In this document: positions 37,140 to 46,292 of the stretch, one piece after another
How positions within the stretch are numbered: position 1 is the first letter of the stretch
Layout: every line of letters starts with the position of its first letter
From: a virus
Reading direction: 5' to 3' (one strand)
Length of the DNA: 64,000 bases
Virus record (IMG/VR): IMGVR_UViG_3300033143_002031
Coordinates: 96,001-160,000 of that record
The notes under the pieces: generated by a model
Database searches by the model: none
Seen by the model: only the letters and a program-made list of their open reading frames with translations
Told to the model about the DNA's origin: nothing
Translations under genes and position numbers: made by a program

Positions 37140-40100
37140 ATGGGCATGTTGAGCGAGGCCATTCCGCACACTTCAGGGCTCCTCGTAGAGGCCCCGAAGG
37201 CGCCGAACCCGGAGAAGTTCGTTCCGGTGTTCTCGTGGACCATGAAGCGTGTCTGGGTGTGGGTGAAGAAGGGCGGCAAGGTCTTTGGCCCCACAGAGAT
37301 CCCTCACGGCCAGGTCAAGAAGTACAAGGGAAAGCTCGGGTGGCTCCCGACAAAGACTGAGTACGTAGCGCTCTTGGACCCGAGCGCCTACACCGGCCCA
37401 GACGACCTGTACCCCCCGGGCTGGAAGTACGGGGATTCACTGGACACGTCCACGTTCGTGGGCAAGCCTGTGGACATTCCGATCCTGGCGAAATTTGAAC
37501 CGCTGGTGAAGCCCAAGGCGAAGAAGAAGGCCCCGAAGCTACCACCTGAGTTCACCCTCACGGGCAAAAAGGACCCCCATGGATTCCCCACGGTCGACGA
37601 CGACACCTCCGGAGATGTGTTTTCGATCCTCCCTGACGGACGTGTCATGGAGTTCGACCCTGACGACGGGCTCTACTACGAGGTGAAGAAGGAGGGAGCC
37701 ACCTGGTTCACTCAGGCCGCCCCCACCTACTCGCCCGCCGACCTGAAGCCGGGGCCAGCCATAAAGCCAAAGGCGAAGCCGCAGCCGATGGAGCCTCCGG
37801 AGGACTTCGAGCTACCTCCGAACTACACGATCAAGAAAGTCACGCCGTCGCATGTGGTCGCCATAACGCCGGACGGCACGGACGTGAAGTGGATCAAGGT
37901 CACGAACCATTGGGTCCACGCTGACGACCCCACAAAGGACCACGAGCCCCTTCAGTCCGCGACTCTCAAGACCAAGACCAAGACCAAGGCCAAGGCCAAA
38001 TCCAAGGCCCAGTCAAAGAACCCGTTCAAGGTCACCACGAAGAAGAAGCCCGGGGCGCCGTCGAAGAAGTACAGCACCAAGAAGGGCAAGCCCTCCACGA
38101 AAGCTCCGGAGCAGGAGAAGGTCGTTGCGCCTCACGCCGAACTGGCGCCTCACCTCACCAAGTACACGGGTCAGGTCGATGTGAACGGCCTCCCGCTCGT
38201 GGACGAAGTGATGGAGGTGGCTTCCGACGATGAGCAGGTGGCGAAGGGCCTGACGCTCATGCCGGACGACCGTGTGGCCCGATGGCGCCCGGACAGTGGC
38301 GTCTACCTGCTCTACGACTACGATCCCTACTACGGGTTTATGTTCTCGAAGTCGGGGGAGACCGTCTCCCCGGACGAGGCCAAGAAACTCATGACGGTCT
38401 TGTCCCTGACGGTCAAGAACGGCCGCTATCACCAGTTCCAGAACGTGGGGGCGGACAAGGCCCAGCCGTCCACCTACAGCGTGCCCTTGCCGAACGACTG
38501 CAAGTCGATCTCGCAGAAGGACACGAACGGCCTTCCCATGGTGGAGTCGATCCCAACCGACGATATGGACGACAACCACAAGTTGACGCTCCTCCCCGAC
38601 AGCCGCCTGGCCAGGTGGGACCCGCTGTCGATTCAGTACCTCGTGTGGGAATGGAGGGACATCCTCGGGGACTACAACTACTACCCGACCCACCCGACCG
38701 TGTACGTCACCTTGAAGGAGGTCAAGAAACTCCAGGCTCAGGTGCCCTCTGTGCCCGTCAGCACCCCCGTGGAGCCTCCGGAGTGGAAGCCCAAGGCGAA
38801 GCCCAAGGCGAAGCCCAAGGCGAAGCCTACGGGCGCCCTGGAGCCCGCAAACGCCAAGGACCCCAGGGGCTACCCTGTCGGGCTGTACAAGGGCAGCACG
38901 TATGCCATTCTGCCGGACGGCAAGGTCGGCGTCTGGTCCAAAGCGAACGGCGCCTACGTGCTCCACCAGTATGACGCGCTCGGGGACAGCTACTACAACT
39001 CGGGCTACATGTGGACTCCCCCGGGGATGCACCAAGCCCTGGCCCCGGACCACGGTACTTTCAGTGCTACCTTGGCCCATGTCGTGGACCACGACGGGAA
39101 GTCGGTCCTGGTGCTCCCGAACGGGAAGTTTGCCGAGCACAAGTACATCGACGGCAAGTCCAAGATCGTCATCTACAAGGCCGACCCGGCGCAGGGGAAG
39201 AAGTTCGTTCCGACCGGAGAGATACTCGACCCATCGGACCTGAAGGACGTGATAGGGGAGCCTGACTACAAGACCCTGAAGCCCACGGGTGAGGTGGATG
39301 ACAACGGCCTCCCAACCTACAAGGTTGTGCAGGGAGACTCCAAGCACCTGAAGCCCTTGGCGATGCTCCCGAACGGCTCCATGGCGGCGTGGAACCCCAA
39401 GGCGAAGACATACCGCCTGATGGAGTTTGACCCGCAGTTCGCGGTGTGGGAATTGTCCTTCCCGAAGGAGACATTCGATCTCAGCGACATCGACGCGATG
39501 TATCTGAAGTCCGGGGTCACCCCGATATCTGAGCCGCCGGCCCCCGCGAAGGCGATGACCCCTCTGGTGCCGGCGAAGGCAGTGAAGTCGGACGAGCCCG
39601 AGGCACCAAAGAAGCCCCCGAAGATGCCGGCAGCGGCGGCGTTCGTCACTCCGCAGGCCGACCTCCCCGACCCCGACACGCTGGAGGACATCGGGTCGGC
39701 CGGGATGAAGGGTGCCGGAGCCAAGACGCGACTCAAGGACCCGGACACAGGCAAGCTCTATCTGTTCAAGCCGTCGATACCGAAGAGCGGCCCGAAGAAG
39801 ACGCAGGCGTTCCGCGCCAAGTCGCAGGAGGGTTTCGCCGCCGTGGCGGCCGTAGCTCGCCCGGATGCCTATGTCCCTGTCGAGACGGTGAAGTACAAGG
39901 GGCAACTCGGGACGCTCCAACCGATGTTGGACCTGGACCCGAATCAGGAAGACCTCGCGGGCGTGGCGCCCGAGGAGTTGACGGAGCAGCAGAAGCAGGA
40001 CGTCGCCGAAGAGCACCTGCTCGATTGGCTCATGTCCCAGCACGATTCCTTCGCCGCAAACTTCGTCATCACGAAGGAGGGCCGCGTCGTCGGGATCGAC

Positions 40101-42203
40101 AAGGAACAGGGCTGGAAGTACGTCGGTCACAAGTCCCACCCCGACGAGTTGAGTACGGAGTACCGACCCAACAGCGACCTCTACGGCGAGCAGGAGCCCT
40201 ACTACAACAAGTTCTGGCGGGCGTTCGGCGGCGGCACGATGGACTTCGATCCGAAGTCCATGAACAGCGCCCTCAAAAAGCTGGAACAGATGCCCGTCGA
40301 GACCTTGACCAAGGCCCTGGAGGGGTACGCGGCCACGAACAAAAAGATGCTCGGAGCGGACAAGGAATACGAGCGCTACGCTTTCGTGAAGAAGATGGTC
40401 TCTCGCCGGGCGACGCTGCGTCGGGACTTCGAGGAGTTCATCACGGAGAAGTACGTGAAGCGCGAGGGCGAGACCGGGAAGTTTACGTTCGCGGCGGGGT
40501 GGGTGAGCGACGCCTCGGAGGCGGCCGGGCCGCAGTCCACATTCCAGGAGGTCTCGGACACCCTCCGAGGGCTCATCCTGAAGCATCTCGGCTCGAACGC
40601 CCTGAAGCCGCACAAGTCGGACCCGGACCTCACGGTCGTGCGTGTCCAGAATATGGAGCCGATCACAAAGGTCACGGAGTACCTCCAAGAACTAGGTGTC
40701 GAGGTGGTGGGAGAGCCGAAGATGGGCTCGAACTACAACATGGTGTTCGTGAAGAGCGGTGACCTCGACAAGACGATCACCAAGACGATCGAGATCAAGT
40801 CCGAACCAGGGCAGAAGTACCAGGACTTCAAGGGCTCCCCGACGTACCAGTCTGAGGCGTTCGCGCCCCAAGAGGCTCCTGCCAACATCGACGAGATCAT
40901 CACGGTCGAGCAGGACCACCTGGGCCACGTCGGGAAGCAGTTCACCCTGGACGGCAAGGCTGTGGAAGGGCAGTCAGCTAGCATTCAGAGGGTCATCCTC
41001 ACGAACGGGAAGAAGGCCCACGTCGTCCACTTCAAACTCCGGAAGCCCTACTGGAAGGACATCACCGGGGGCGAGCCTGGCGAGTACAAGTGGCACCTCG
41101 GCGCCTACGACGAGGGCGAGGACGCGGTGCGTTACTCGTCGAGCGGGGGGCACTCTGAGAAGGCGCTCGTCTTCAAGGGGCCGAAAGGTTCGGAGATGTT
41201 CGTGCTCGGGCCGAAGGTGGACCACTCACACTACGGCAACAAAGCCAGTTACTCCTTCCAGGGGTCGGTGTACGCGATCATCCCTGAAGGGGCTGGGAAG
41301 GTGAAGACGGTTCTGAAGAAGCTGCTCGATGAGATCGGACTCGCGAAGGAGGTTCTGAAGAAGCCGAGCAAGTCGGACGTCGAACTGTTCCATCTATCGC
41401 AGGCGCTCTGGTCGGTCTCCCCGAAGGTCCACGACAAACTCATCGAGGATGACGTTGAGTTGACGATCCCCCTTCTGAAGAAGAAGCTGAAGGGCAAGTT
41501 GAAGAAGGACGAGATCGAGGCCATTCGCACAGTCCAAGGCCCACTCGGAAGGGCGTCGGCGATCATCCCAGGTCGGTGGAAGACGCTCGGAGGCGGGACC
41601 GAGGACGACCCGGTGGTCCGGTTCCCGTTCTGGCAGGTGGACAACCCTAGCAAGGTGGCCAACATACTCAAGACCGGAGGCGTAGGCGCTCACGAGCGGA
41701 TGCGGATGGGGCTTGGTACTGGGGGCTCGTCGGTCCACTCCGACATGGAGACCGGCGGCTCGGACAACGTGACCACGCGGATCGCGATGAAGGACCACTA
41801 CGGCTCGATGGACCAGGGAAATGTCCAGGGCGCTATCAAACTCGTCATCGCACCGGAACTCCTGGACCGGCTTGACGTTCACCTTGCGCGGGGGGACTCC
41901 TACGGGGCCACCAAGCCTGGGCATTCGTCGTTCTACGACAACCGGAAGGGGCTGAGCAGCGCGGTCAAGGCGGAGAACGCAAGCAAGCACTCGAACACGG
42001 AACTGGTCTTGCGGCGTGGGTTCCCGGCCTCCATGATCAAGCGCATTGCGACGGGGGGCGAGAGCACGCGGAAGAAGGTTCTGGCAGCCCTGGATAACGC
42101 CGGCATCACCGAGCACAATGGGGTGCCCATCGAGGATTTCGTGGTCGTTGAAACGGATCAGAAGGCTATGTACACCAAGTACCTGAAGCCGCTGGGGTAC
42201 TGA
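37140..42203 (+). CDS. 1687-aa multidomain protein: about 7 short repeats, HipA/PI3-4K-like kinase domain, putative ART-fold C-terminal domain
   Basis: Repeats of D.NG.P...L.(L/M)PD.R.A.W; kinase motifs GMKGAG, YLFKP, DWLMSQHDSFAAN, VVGIDKE; C-terminal NILKTGG...TELVLRRGFPASMIKRI. Confidence 0.7.
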   Translation: MGMLSEAIPHTSGLLVEAPKAPNPEKFVPVFSWTMKRVWVWVKKGGKVFGPTEIPHGQVKKYKGKLGWLPTKTEYVALLDPSAYTGPDDLYPPGWKYGDSLDTSTFVGKPVDIPILAKFEPLVKPKAKKKAPKLPPEFTLTGKKDPHGFPTVDDDTSGDVFSILPDGRVMEFDPDDGLYYEVKKEGATWFTQAAPTYSPADLKPGPAIKPKAKPQPMEPPEDFELPPNYTIKKVTPSHVVAITPDGTDVKWIKVTNHWVHADDPTKDHEPLQSATLKTKTKTKAKAKSKAQSKNPFKVTTKKKPGAPSKKYSTKKGKPSTKAPEQEKVVAPHAELAPHLTKYTGQVDVNGLPLVDEVMEVASDDEQVAKGLTLMPDDRVARWRPDSGVYLLYDYDPYYGFMFSKSGETVSPDEAKKLMTVLSLTVKNGRYHQFQNVGADKAQPSTYSVPLPNDCKSISQKDTNGLPMVESIPTDDMDDNHKLTLLPDSRLARWDPLSIQYLVWEWRDILGDYNYYPTHPTVYVTLKEVKKLQAQVPSVPVSTPVEPPEWKPKAKPKAKPKAKPTGALEPANAKDPRGYPVGLYKGSTYAILPDGKVGVWSKANGAYVLHQYDALGDSYYNSGYMWTPPGMHQALAPDHGTFSATLAHVVDHDGKSVLVLPNGKFAEHKYIDGKSKIVIYKADPAQGKKFVPTGEILDPSDLKDVIGEPDYKTLKPTGEVDDNGLPTYKVVQGDSKHLKPLAMLPNGSMAAWNPKAKTYRLMEFDPQFAVWELSFPKETFDLSDIDAMYLKSGVTPISEPPAPAKAMTPLVPAKAVKSDEPEAPKKPPKMPAAAAFVTPQADLPDPDTLEDIGSAGMKGAGAKTRLKDPDTGKLYLFKPSIPKSGPKKTQAFRAKSQEGFAAVAAVARPDAYVPVETVKYKGQLGTLQPMLDLDPNQEDLAGVAPEELTEQQKQDVAEEHLLDWLMSQHDSFAANFVITKEGRVVGIDKEQGWKYVGHKSHPDELSTEYRPNSDLYGEQEPYYNKFWRAFGGGTMDFDPKSMNSALKKLEQMPVETLTKALEGYAATNKKMLGADKEYERYAFVKKMVSRRATLRRDFEEFITEKYVKREGETGKFTFAAGWVSDASEAAGPQSTFQEVSDTLRGLILKHLGSNALKPHKSDPDLTVVRVQNMEPITKVTEYLQELGVEVVGEPKMGSNYNMVFVKSGDLDKTITKTIEIKSEPGQKYQDFKGSPTYQSEAFAPQEAPANIDEIITVEQDHLGHVGKQFTLDGKAVEGQSASIQRVILTNGKKAHVVHFKLRKPYWKDITGGEPGEYKWHLGAYDEGEDAVRYSSSGGHSEKALVFKGPKGSEMFVLGPKVDHSHYGNKASYSFQGSVYAIIPEGAGKVKTVLKKLLDEIGLAKEVLKKPSKSDVELFHLSQALWSVSPKVHDKLIEDDVELTIPLLKKKLKGKLKKDEIEAIRTVQGPLGRASAIIPGRWKTLGGGTEDDPVVRFPFWQVDNPSKVANILKTGGVGAHERMRMGLGTGGSSVHSDMETGGSDNVTTRIAMKDHYGSMDQGNVQGAIKLVIAPELLDRLDVHLARGDSYGATKPGHSSFYDNRKGLSSAVKAENASKHSNTELVLRRGFPASMIKRIATGGESTRKKVLAALDNAGITEHNGVPIEDFVVVETDQKAMYTKYLKPLGY
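38787..38822 (+). repeat. Three copies of a 12-nt tandem repeat (KPKA)
   Basis: AAGCCCAAGGCG x3, encoding a basic linker. Confidence 0.9.
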
Positions 42204-42204
42204 C

Positions 42205-43398
42205 ATGTCACTGGACTTCAACACCGTCTACAAACTCAGGCTCGGGAGCGACCCGGCTCACCCCGAGATCGTCATGGCTCCTGTGCCGCTCCCTGCGGGG
42301 AAGGGGTGGTGGGTCCGTCGCACCTCTCCAGACCATCCGGAACGCATCCTCCGAGGCGACACGTTCGAGGGGGAGGGTGGGAAGGTCGTCGTGGTGACTA
42401 AGGACGGCCCAGCCACCTTCGAGCCTCTGACGCTGGACCTGTGGAAGGGGATGAACCCTTCCGATTCCTCCCACCTGCCGTTCGACTCGGATGGCGATTT
42501 GCAGGAGTTTTACTGGCACGATTGGATGACGGCCTCGGAGGAGACCGGGGTGGGGGACATCGACTCGATCTCCAAGGCCCTCGCCATTCAGTACGGGGCT
42601 GAGATACAGGAGGGCCGTAAAGCCAAGCCTGGCGAGGTCCACCAGTGGAGCGACGGCTCCTACCTGAAGCTGCGCGATGGCACCTGGCAGAAGATACCCG
42701 GCACGGAGCCCGCCGCCGAGGGCGCGGAGATAATGGCCGAGACGATCACGCGACTGAATGGGATGGTCGGAAGCGGCGAGTTGGCTCCCGGGATGGACAT
42801 TCAGGACCACATCGACCAGGCCCGTGGCGTCGTGGACGCGCATAGGAAGGGTGTGGTCGCGTTCGGCGCGAAGCTGGAGGAGATGGCCGGGGGTGGCGCG
42901 AATGTCCAGGGCCGGGTGAAAACTCTCGGCTCGGTCCTCGGGAAGATCGCTACCAAGCCGCACTGGTTCAAAAAGGCGGATGACGTGCAGGACGGCACAG
43001 GCTACCGGATCATCCACGACAGCCTAGACGACGTGACGCGCTCCGTCGGGAAGATCAAGAAACAGTTCAAGGTGAAGGCGGAGCGGGACTACATCTCGAA
43101 CCCGCAGGGCAGCTACCGATCGCACCACCTGATCGTGGAGGACGAAGACGGCCTGGAGAAAGAGATCCAGGTCCGGACGCGCCGGCAGCACGAGATGGCG
43201 GAGTGGTCGCACGACGTGTTCAAGCCACGGACGTCAGAGCAGAAGAAGAAGGTCGACGCCAACCGCAAAGAGATCGAGAAGACCCAGGCGAAGATTGCCG
43301 AGTGGGCATACGAGAAAGACAAGGGCAAGGACCCCGGCCCCCAGCCGGAGTGCCCCGAGCAGGTGTCCAACGCAGTCGGGTGCCGATCACTAGGGTGA
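42205..43398 (+). CDS. Small alarmone synthetase (RelA/SpoT nucleotidyltransferase domain) with long N-terminal extension
   Basis: GRVK...S..GK, D.TGYRI, YISNP..SYRSHH, EIQVRT..QH..AEWSH. Confidence 0.88.
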   Translation: MSLDFNTVYKLRLGSDPAHPEIVMAPVPLPAGKGWWVRRTSPDHPERILRGDTFEGEGGKVVVVTKDGPATFEPLTLDLWKGMNPSDSSHLPFDSDGDLQEFYWHDWMTASEETGVGDIDSISKALAIQYGAEIQEGRKAKPGEVHQWSDGSYLKLRDGTWQKIPGTEPAAEGAEIMAETITRLNGMVGSGELAPGMDIQDHIDQARGVVDAHRKGVVAFGAKLEEMAGGGANVQGRVKTLGSVLGKIATKPHWFKKADDVQDGTGYRIIHDSLDDVTRSVGKIKKQFKVKAERDYISNPQGSYRSHHLIVEDEDGLEKEIQVRTRRQHEMAEWSHDVFKPRTSEQKKKVDANRKEIEKTQAKIAEWAYEKDKGKDPGPQPECPEQVSNAVGCRSLG

Positions 43399-43403
43399 GG
43401 ACG

Positions 43404-43628
43404 ATGGCGAAGAAGACAGACATGGAGAAGCGGCTCGAAGCGAAGGCGAAGATGATCCCGAAGGAGGGGTTCAACCTCGTCGGGTTCGACGACTTCGAGG
43501 AGCCTGGAGATGAGCTACACCTGGCGGCGCGATTCGACACGCACGAAGAGGCCGACGCCGCCATGAAGAAGCGGATGAAAGACGACCCGAGCCAGCGCTT
43601 CTTCATCTACGGCCCCGACGACCACTAG
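43404..43628 (+). CDS. Small protein downstream of the SAS (possible antitoxin)
   Basis: ATG 43404 after GAGG, 5 nt after the SAS stop; 74 aa. Confidence 0.6.
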   Translation: MAKKTDMEKRLEAKAKMIPKEGFNLVGFDDFEEPGDELHLAARFDTHEEADAAMKKRMKDDPSQRFFIYGPDDH

Positions 43629-43967
43629 CCATGCCTGGCACGTCCGTGTTGGCTGCGATCGTCCCTCCTCGCGTGTGGCTGCGACGGAGTTTGTGACCGC
43701 CCTCACCGACAACGGTATCGAGGCTCGCGTCGTCGGGCTGTGGGCTGCCAAAGTGATGACTCCGCTGGGGCGTGAGAGCAGGGTTGCGGGTGCGCTCGTA
43801 GCTGCTATTCTGTCGGTCGATCTGAGGCGTACTCGCGCGCACGCGAAACTGCTCGGGGTGCGCCTGCTAGCCCTTGAAATAAACGGATGCCCTTCAAGAG
43901 CAAACGTGGTATAGTCCCAACTATGGATGTTGGGAGCGATCACTCCCAAGGATAAGGAGATCGGACG

Positions 43968-44429
43968 ATGGCTGATTCAAAAGTCGCAGGTGTCGCCGCA
44001 GCCGTGAAGAAGGCCAAGGGGAAGCCAGTGAAGAAGCGCGGCGAGGCAAAGGCGAAGCCCCACAAGGTGACCAAGCCGAGGAAGAAGAAGGCCGCCGCGA
44101 AGAAGGCGCCCCCGAAGAAGACTGCTGAGAAGAAGACCCCGACGAGCGGTCAGAGCGCTCCGTCCATAGAGCTTTCCACGGACGGTCTCAACACGAAGGA
44201 GGACAAGGTCTTCGCCGCGCTCAACGGCCCCGGTTCGGGCGTGCGGACGATCCTGACCATCGCGGAACTGTCGGAGACGTGCTTCAAGTCGCGCGGGAGG
44301 CGGCAGGCCAACTCGTGGACCCGGAACTCGCTTCGGCGCCTCGTGCAGGCCGGGCTCGTGGAGAAGGTCGCACGTGGCAAGTACCGCGTGTCGGAAGCCG
44401 GCCGTAAGAAGCTGGCCCGCGCCGCGTAG
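43968..44429 (+). CDS. Lys/Ala-rich tail plus winged-helix DNA-binding protein (linker-histone-like)
   Basis: N-terminal KKAKGKPVKK..KKKAAAKKAPPKK; C-terminal wHTH TIAELS..RNSLRRLVQAGLVEKVARGKYRV. Confidence 0.72.
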   Translation: MADSKVAGVAAAVKKAKGKPVKKRGEAKAKPHKVTKPRKKKAAAKKAPPKKTAEKKTPTSGQSAPSIELSTDGLNTKEDKVFAALNGPGSGVRTILTIAELSETCFKSRGRRQANSWTRNSLRRLVQAGLVEKVARGKYRVSEAGRKKLARAA

Positions 44430-44431
44430 TC

Positions 44432-46228
44432 GTGCTGGACTACGACTTCATCACGCGAGCGGACGACCTGAACCGCGTCGCGCAGGACGTCCTACAGGCC
44501 GACGTCCTCGGCCTTGATATCGAGACCACCTCCCTAGACCCTCGCTACGGAGACATCCGTCTGGTCCAGTTGGTCGTGCCCGGGGTGGAGAACGACGGGC
44601 GCGGTCGCATCTACGTCATCGACCTCTTTCAGACCAAGACTCTCGGCCCTGTGCTCGAAGCCATGCGGGAGACCTCCGCAATCTTCGTGATCCACAACGC
44701 CAAGTTCGAGCAGAAGTGGATGTGGTGGAAGTTCCGCCTTCGCATCTGGCCGGTGTTCTGCACGTTCCGGTCGAGCGCGATCACGTACAACGGGAAGAAG
44801 GGGCTCAGGCACAACCTTGACTCCGTGATCATCCGCGAGTTGGACGAGCACCCGGTGAACGTCGGGCAAGGGAAGTCGAACTGGTCCGGGACGCTCAACC
44901 AACAGCAGAAGGACTACGCAGCCGAGGATGTTTTGCGTTTGCTCCCCCTTCGGGTGGCTCTGAAGAAGAAGCTGACGGAGTACGGGCTGCTCACCACCGC
45001 GCTTGTGGAGTTTGGCGTGGTGTTCGCGGAGTGCCGGACCGAGTTGAATGGCTTCGCCCTCGATGAGGAGAAGTGGACCACCCTCGCGAAAGCCAACGCG
45101 GCAGCGCGATTCAAGTCCCGCGAGGAGCTACTCTACGAGCTACCGCACCCGAAGGACCAGATGGCGCTGCCGGGGATGAGCGGGCAGTGGAACGTGGACT
45201 CGCCGCAGCAGATGCTCGCTTCCCTGAAACGGCTCGGCCTGAAGATCGAGAACACGCCGGAGATCGTCCTCGCGCAGCACGCGGGTAAGTATCCCCTCGT
45301 GAAGAAGGTGCTCGACTACCGCCACATCGCACAGCGCGTCAAGACGTTCGGAATGACCTTCTTGCGCCATCTAGACGAGGACTCCCGTGTCCACACGGAG
45401 TACTTCGGGCTGCTCATTACGGGCCGCTACAGCGCGAACAAGAGCATGCACCAGATCCCACGGGCGCTGGAGTTCCGGGACTGCTTCGAGGCGCCAGAGG
45501 GGCGTAGGCTCACGGGAGCGGACTACTCAGGGATCGAGATGCGCCTGTGTGCTGAAATCTCCGGGGACCCAGCGCTGACGCAGGTGTTCATCAACGGGGA
45601 GGACGCGCACAGGGCGACAGCGGCAGTCATCATGGACATGGACCCCGACAAGGTGTCCAAGGCCCAGCGGCAGAACGCGAAGCCAGTGAACTTCGGGTTC
45701 ATCTACGGAATGATGCCAGACAAGTTGGTCCTCTACGCCATGTCGAACTACGGTGTGGCGTTGACGCCCTACCAGGCGAAGACCTACCGCAAGCGTTACT
45801 TCGAGCGCTACGCAGGGGTCGAGCAGTGGCACCGACGAGTGCTACGAGACGGGCAGCGCAACGGCTTCTCTCGGACGCTCTGTGGGCGCATCCGCTACCT
45901 GGACCCGCATGAGGCGTTCAATGAGTTCTACAACACCCCGGTGCAGGGCTCCGGAGCAGACGCCCTGAAGACCTCGCTGGCGATCGTGCAGGACGCCATC
46001 GACAAGCGCTTTGGGGTCACCTCACCGGAAACTCCTGATGGTCCCGTGAAGATCGTCCACCACGTCCACGATGAGATCATCCTGGAAACGGACGACACCC
46101 ATGAGATGGTCGCGGAGGCCGAGAGCCTGCTCAGTGAGGGCATGGTCGAGGGCATGGAGAAGTTCGTTCACCACGTGCCTGTGGTCGTAGACGCCTCCAA
46201 CGGAAAGTCATGGGCAGACATTCACTGA
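44432..46228 (+). CDS. polA: Family A DNA polymerase with 3'-5' exonuclease (no 5'-3' exonuclease)
   Basis: LDIETT, HNAKFE, YAAED, TGRYS, ADYSGIEMR, R..AK..NFG..YG, VHDE. Confidence 0.95.
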   Translation: MLDYDFITRADDLNRVAQDVLQADVLGLDIETTSLDPRYGDIRLVQLVVPGVENDGRGRIYVIDLFQTKTLGPVLEAMRETSAIFVIHNAKFEQKWMWWKFRLRIWPVFCTFRSSAITYNGKKGLRHNLDSVIIRELDEHPVNVGQGKSNWSGTLNQQQKDYAAEDVLRLLPLRVALKKKLTEYGLLTTALVEFGVVFAECRTELNGFALDEEKWTTLAKANAAARFKSREELLYELPHPKDQMALPGMSGQWNVDSPQQMLASLKRLGLKIENTPEIVLAQHAGKYPLVKKVLDYRHIAQRVKTFGMTFLRHLDEDSRVHTEYFGLLITGRYSANKSMHQIPRALEFRDCFEAPEGRRLTGADYSGIEMRLCAEISGDPALTQVFINGEDAHRATAAVIMDMDPDKVSKAQRQNAKPVNFGFIYGMMPDKLVLYAMSNYGVALTPYQAKTYRKRYFERYAGVEQWHRRVLRDGQRNGFSRTLCGRIRYLDPHEAFNEFYNTPVQGSGADALKTSLAIVQDAIDKRFGVTSPETPDGPVKIVHHVHDEIILETDDTHEMVAEAESLLSEGMVEGMEKFVHHVPVVVDASNGKSWADIH

Positions 46229-46243
46229 CCAGGAAGTTTGCCA

Positions 46244-46272
46244 TTGACTATCCTCCACCTTGCTGGTAGTGT
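46244..46272 (+). promoter_or_regulatory. Sigma70-type promoter
   Basis: TTGACT-17-TAGTGT. Confidence 0.65.
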
Positions 46273-46292
46273 CGCGTGCTTGGGAGGGAAAC

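Noticed and set aside
38013-40688. 891-aa minus-strand ORF (also 48053-49744, 56644-57819, 62519-63856, 23593-24714 and similar)
   Set aside because: Antisense shadows of strongly GC3-biased + strand genes; no recognisable motifs.
42195-42210. Possible UGA-C read-through fusing the giant protein to the SAS
   Set aside because: The SAS ORF is in a different frame from the giant protein and no slippery site is evident.
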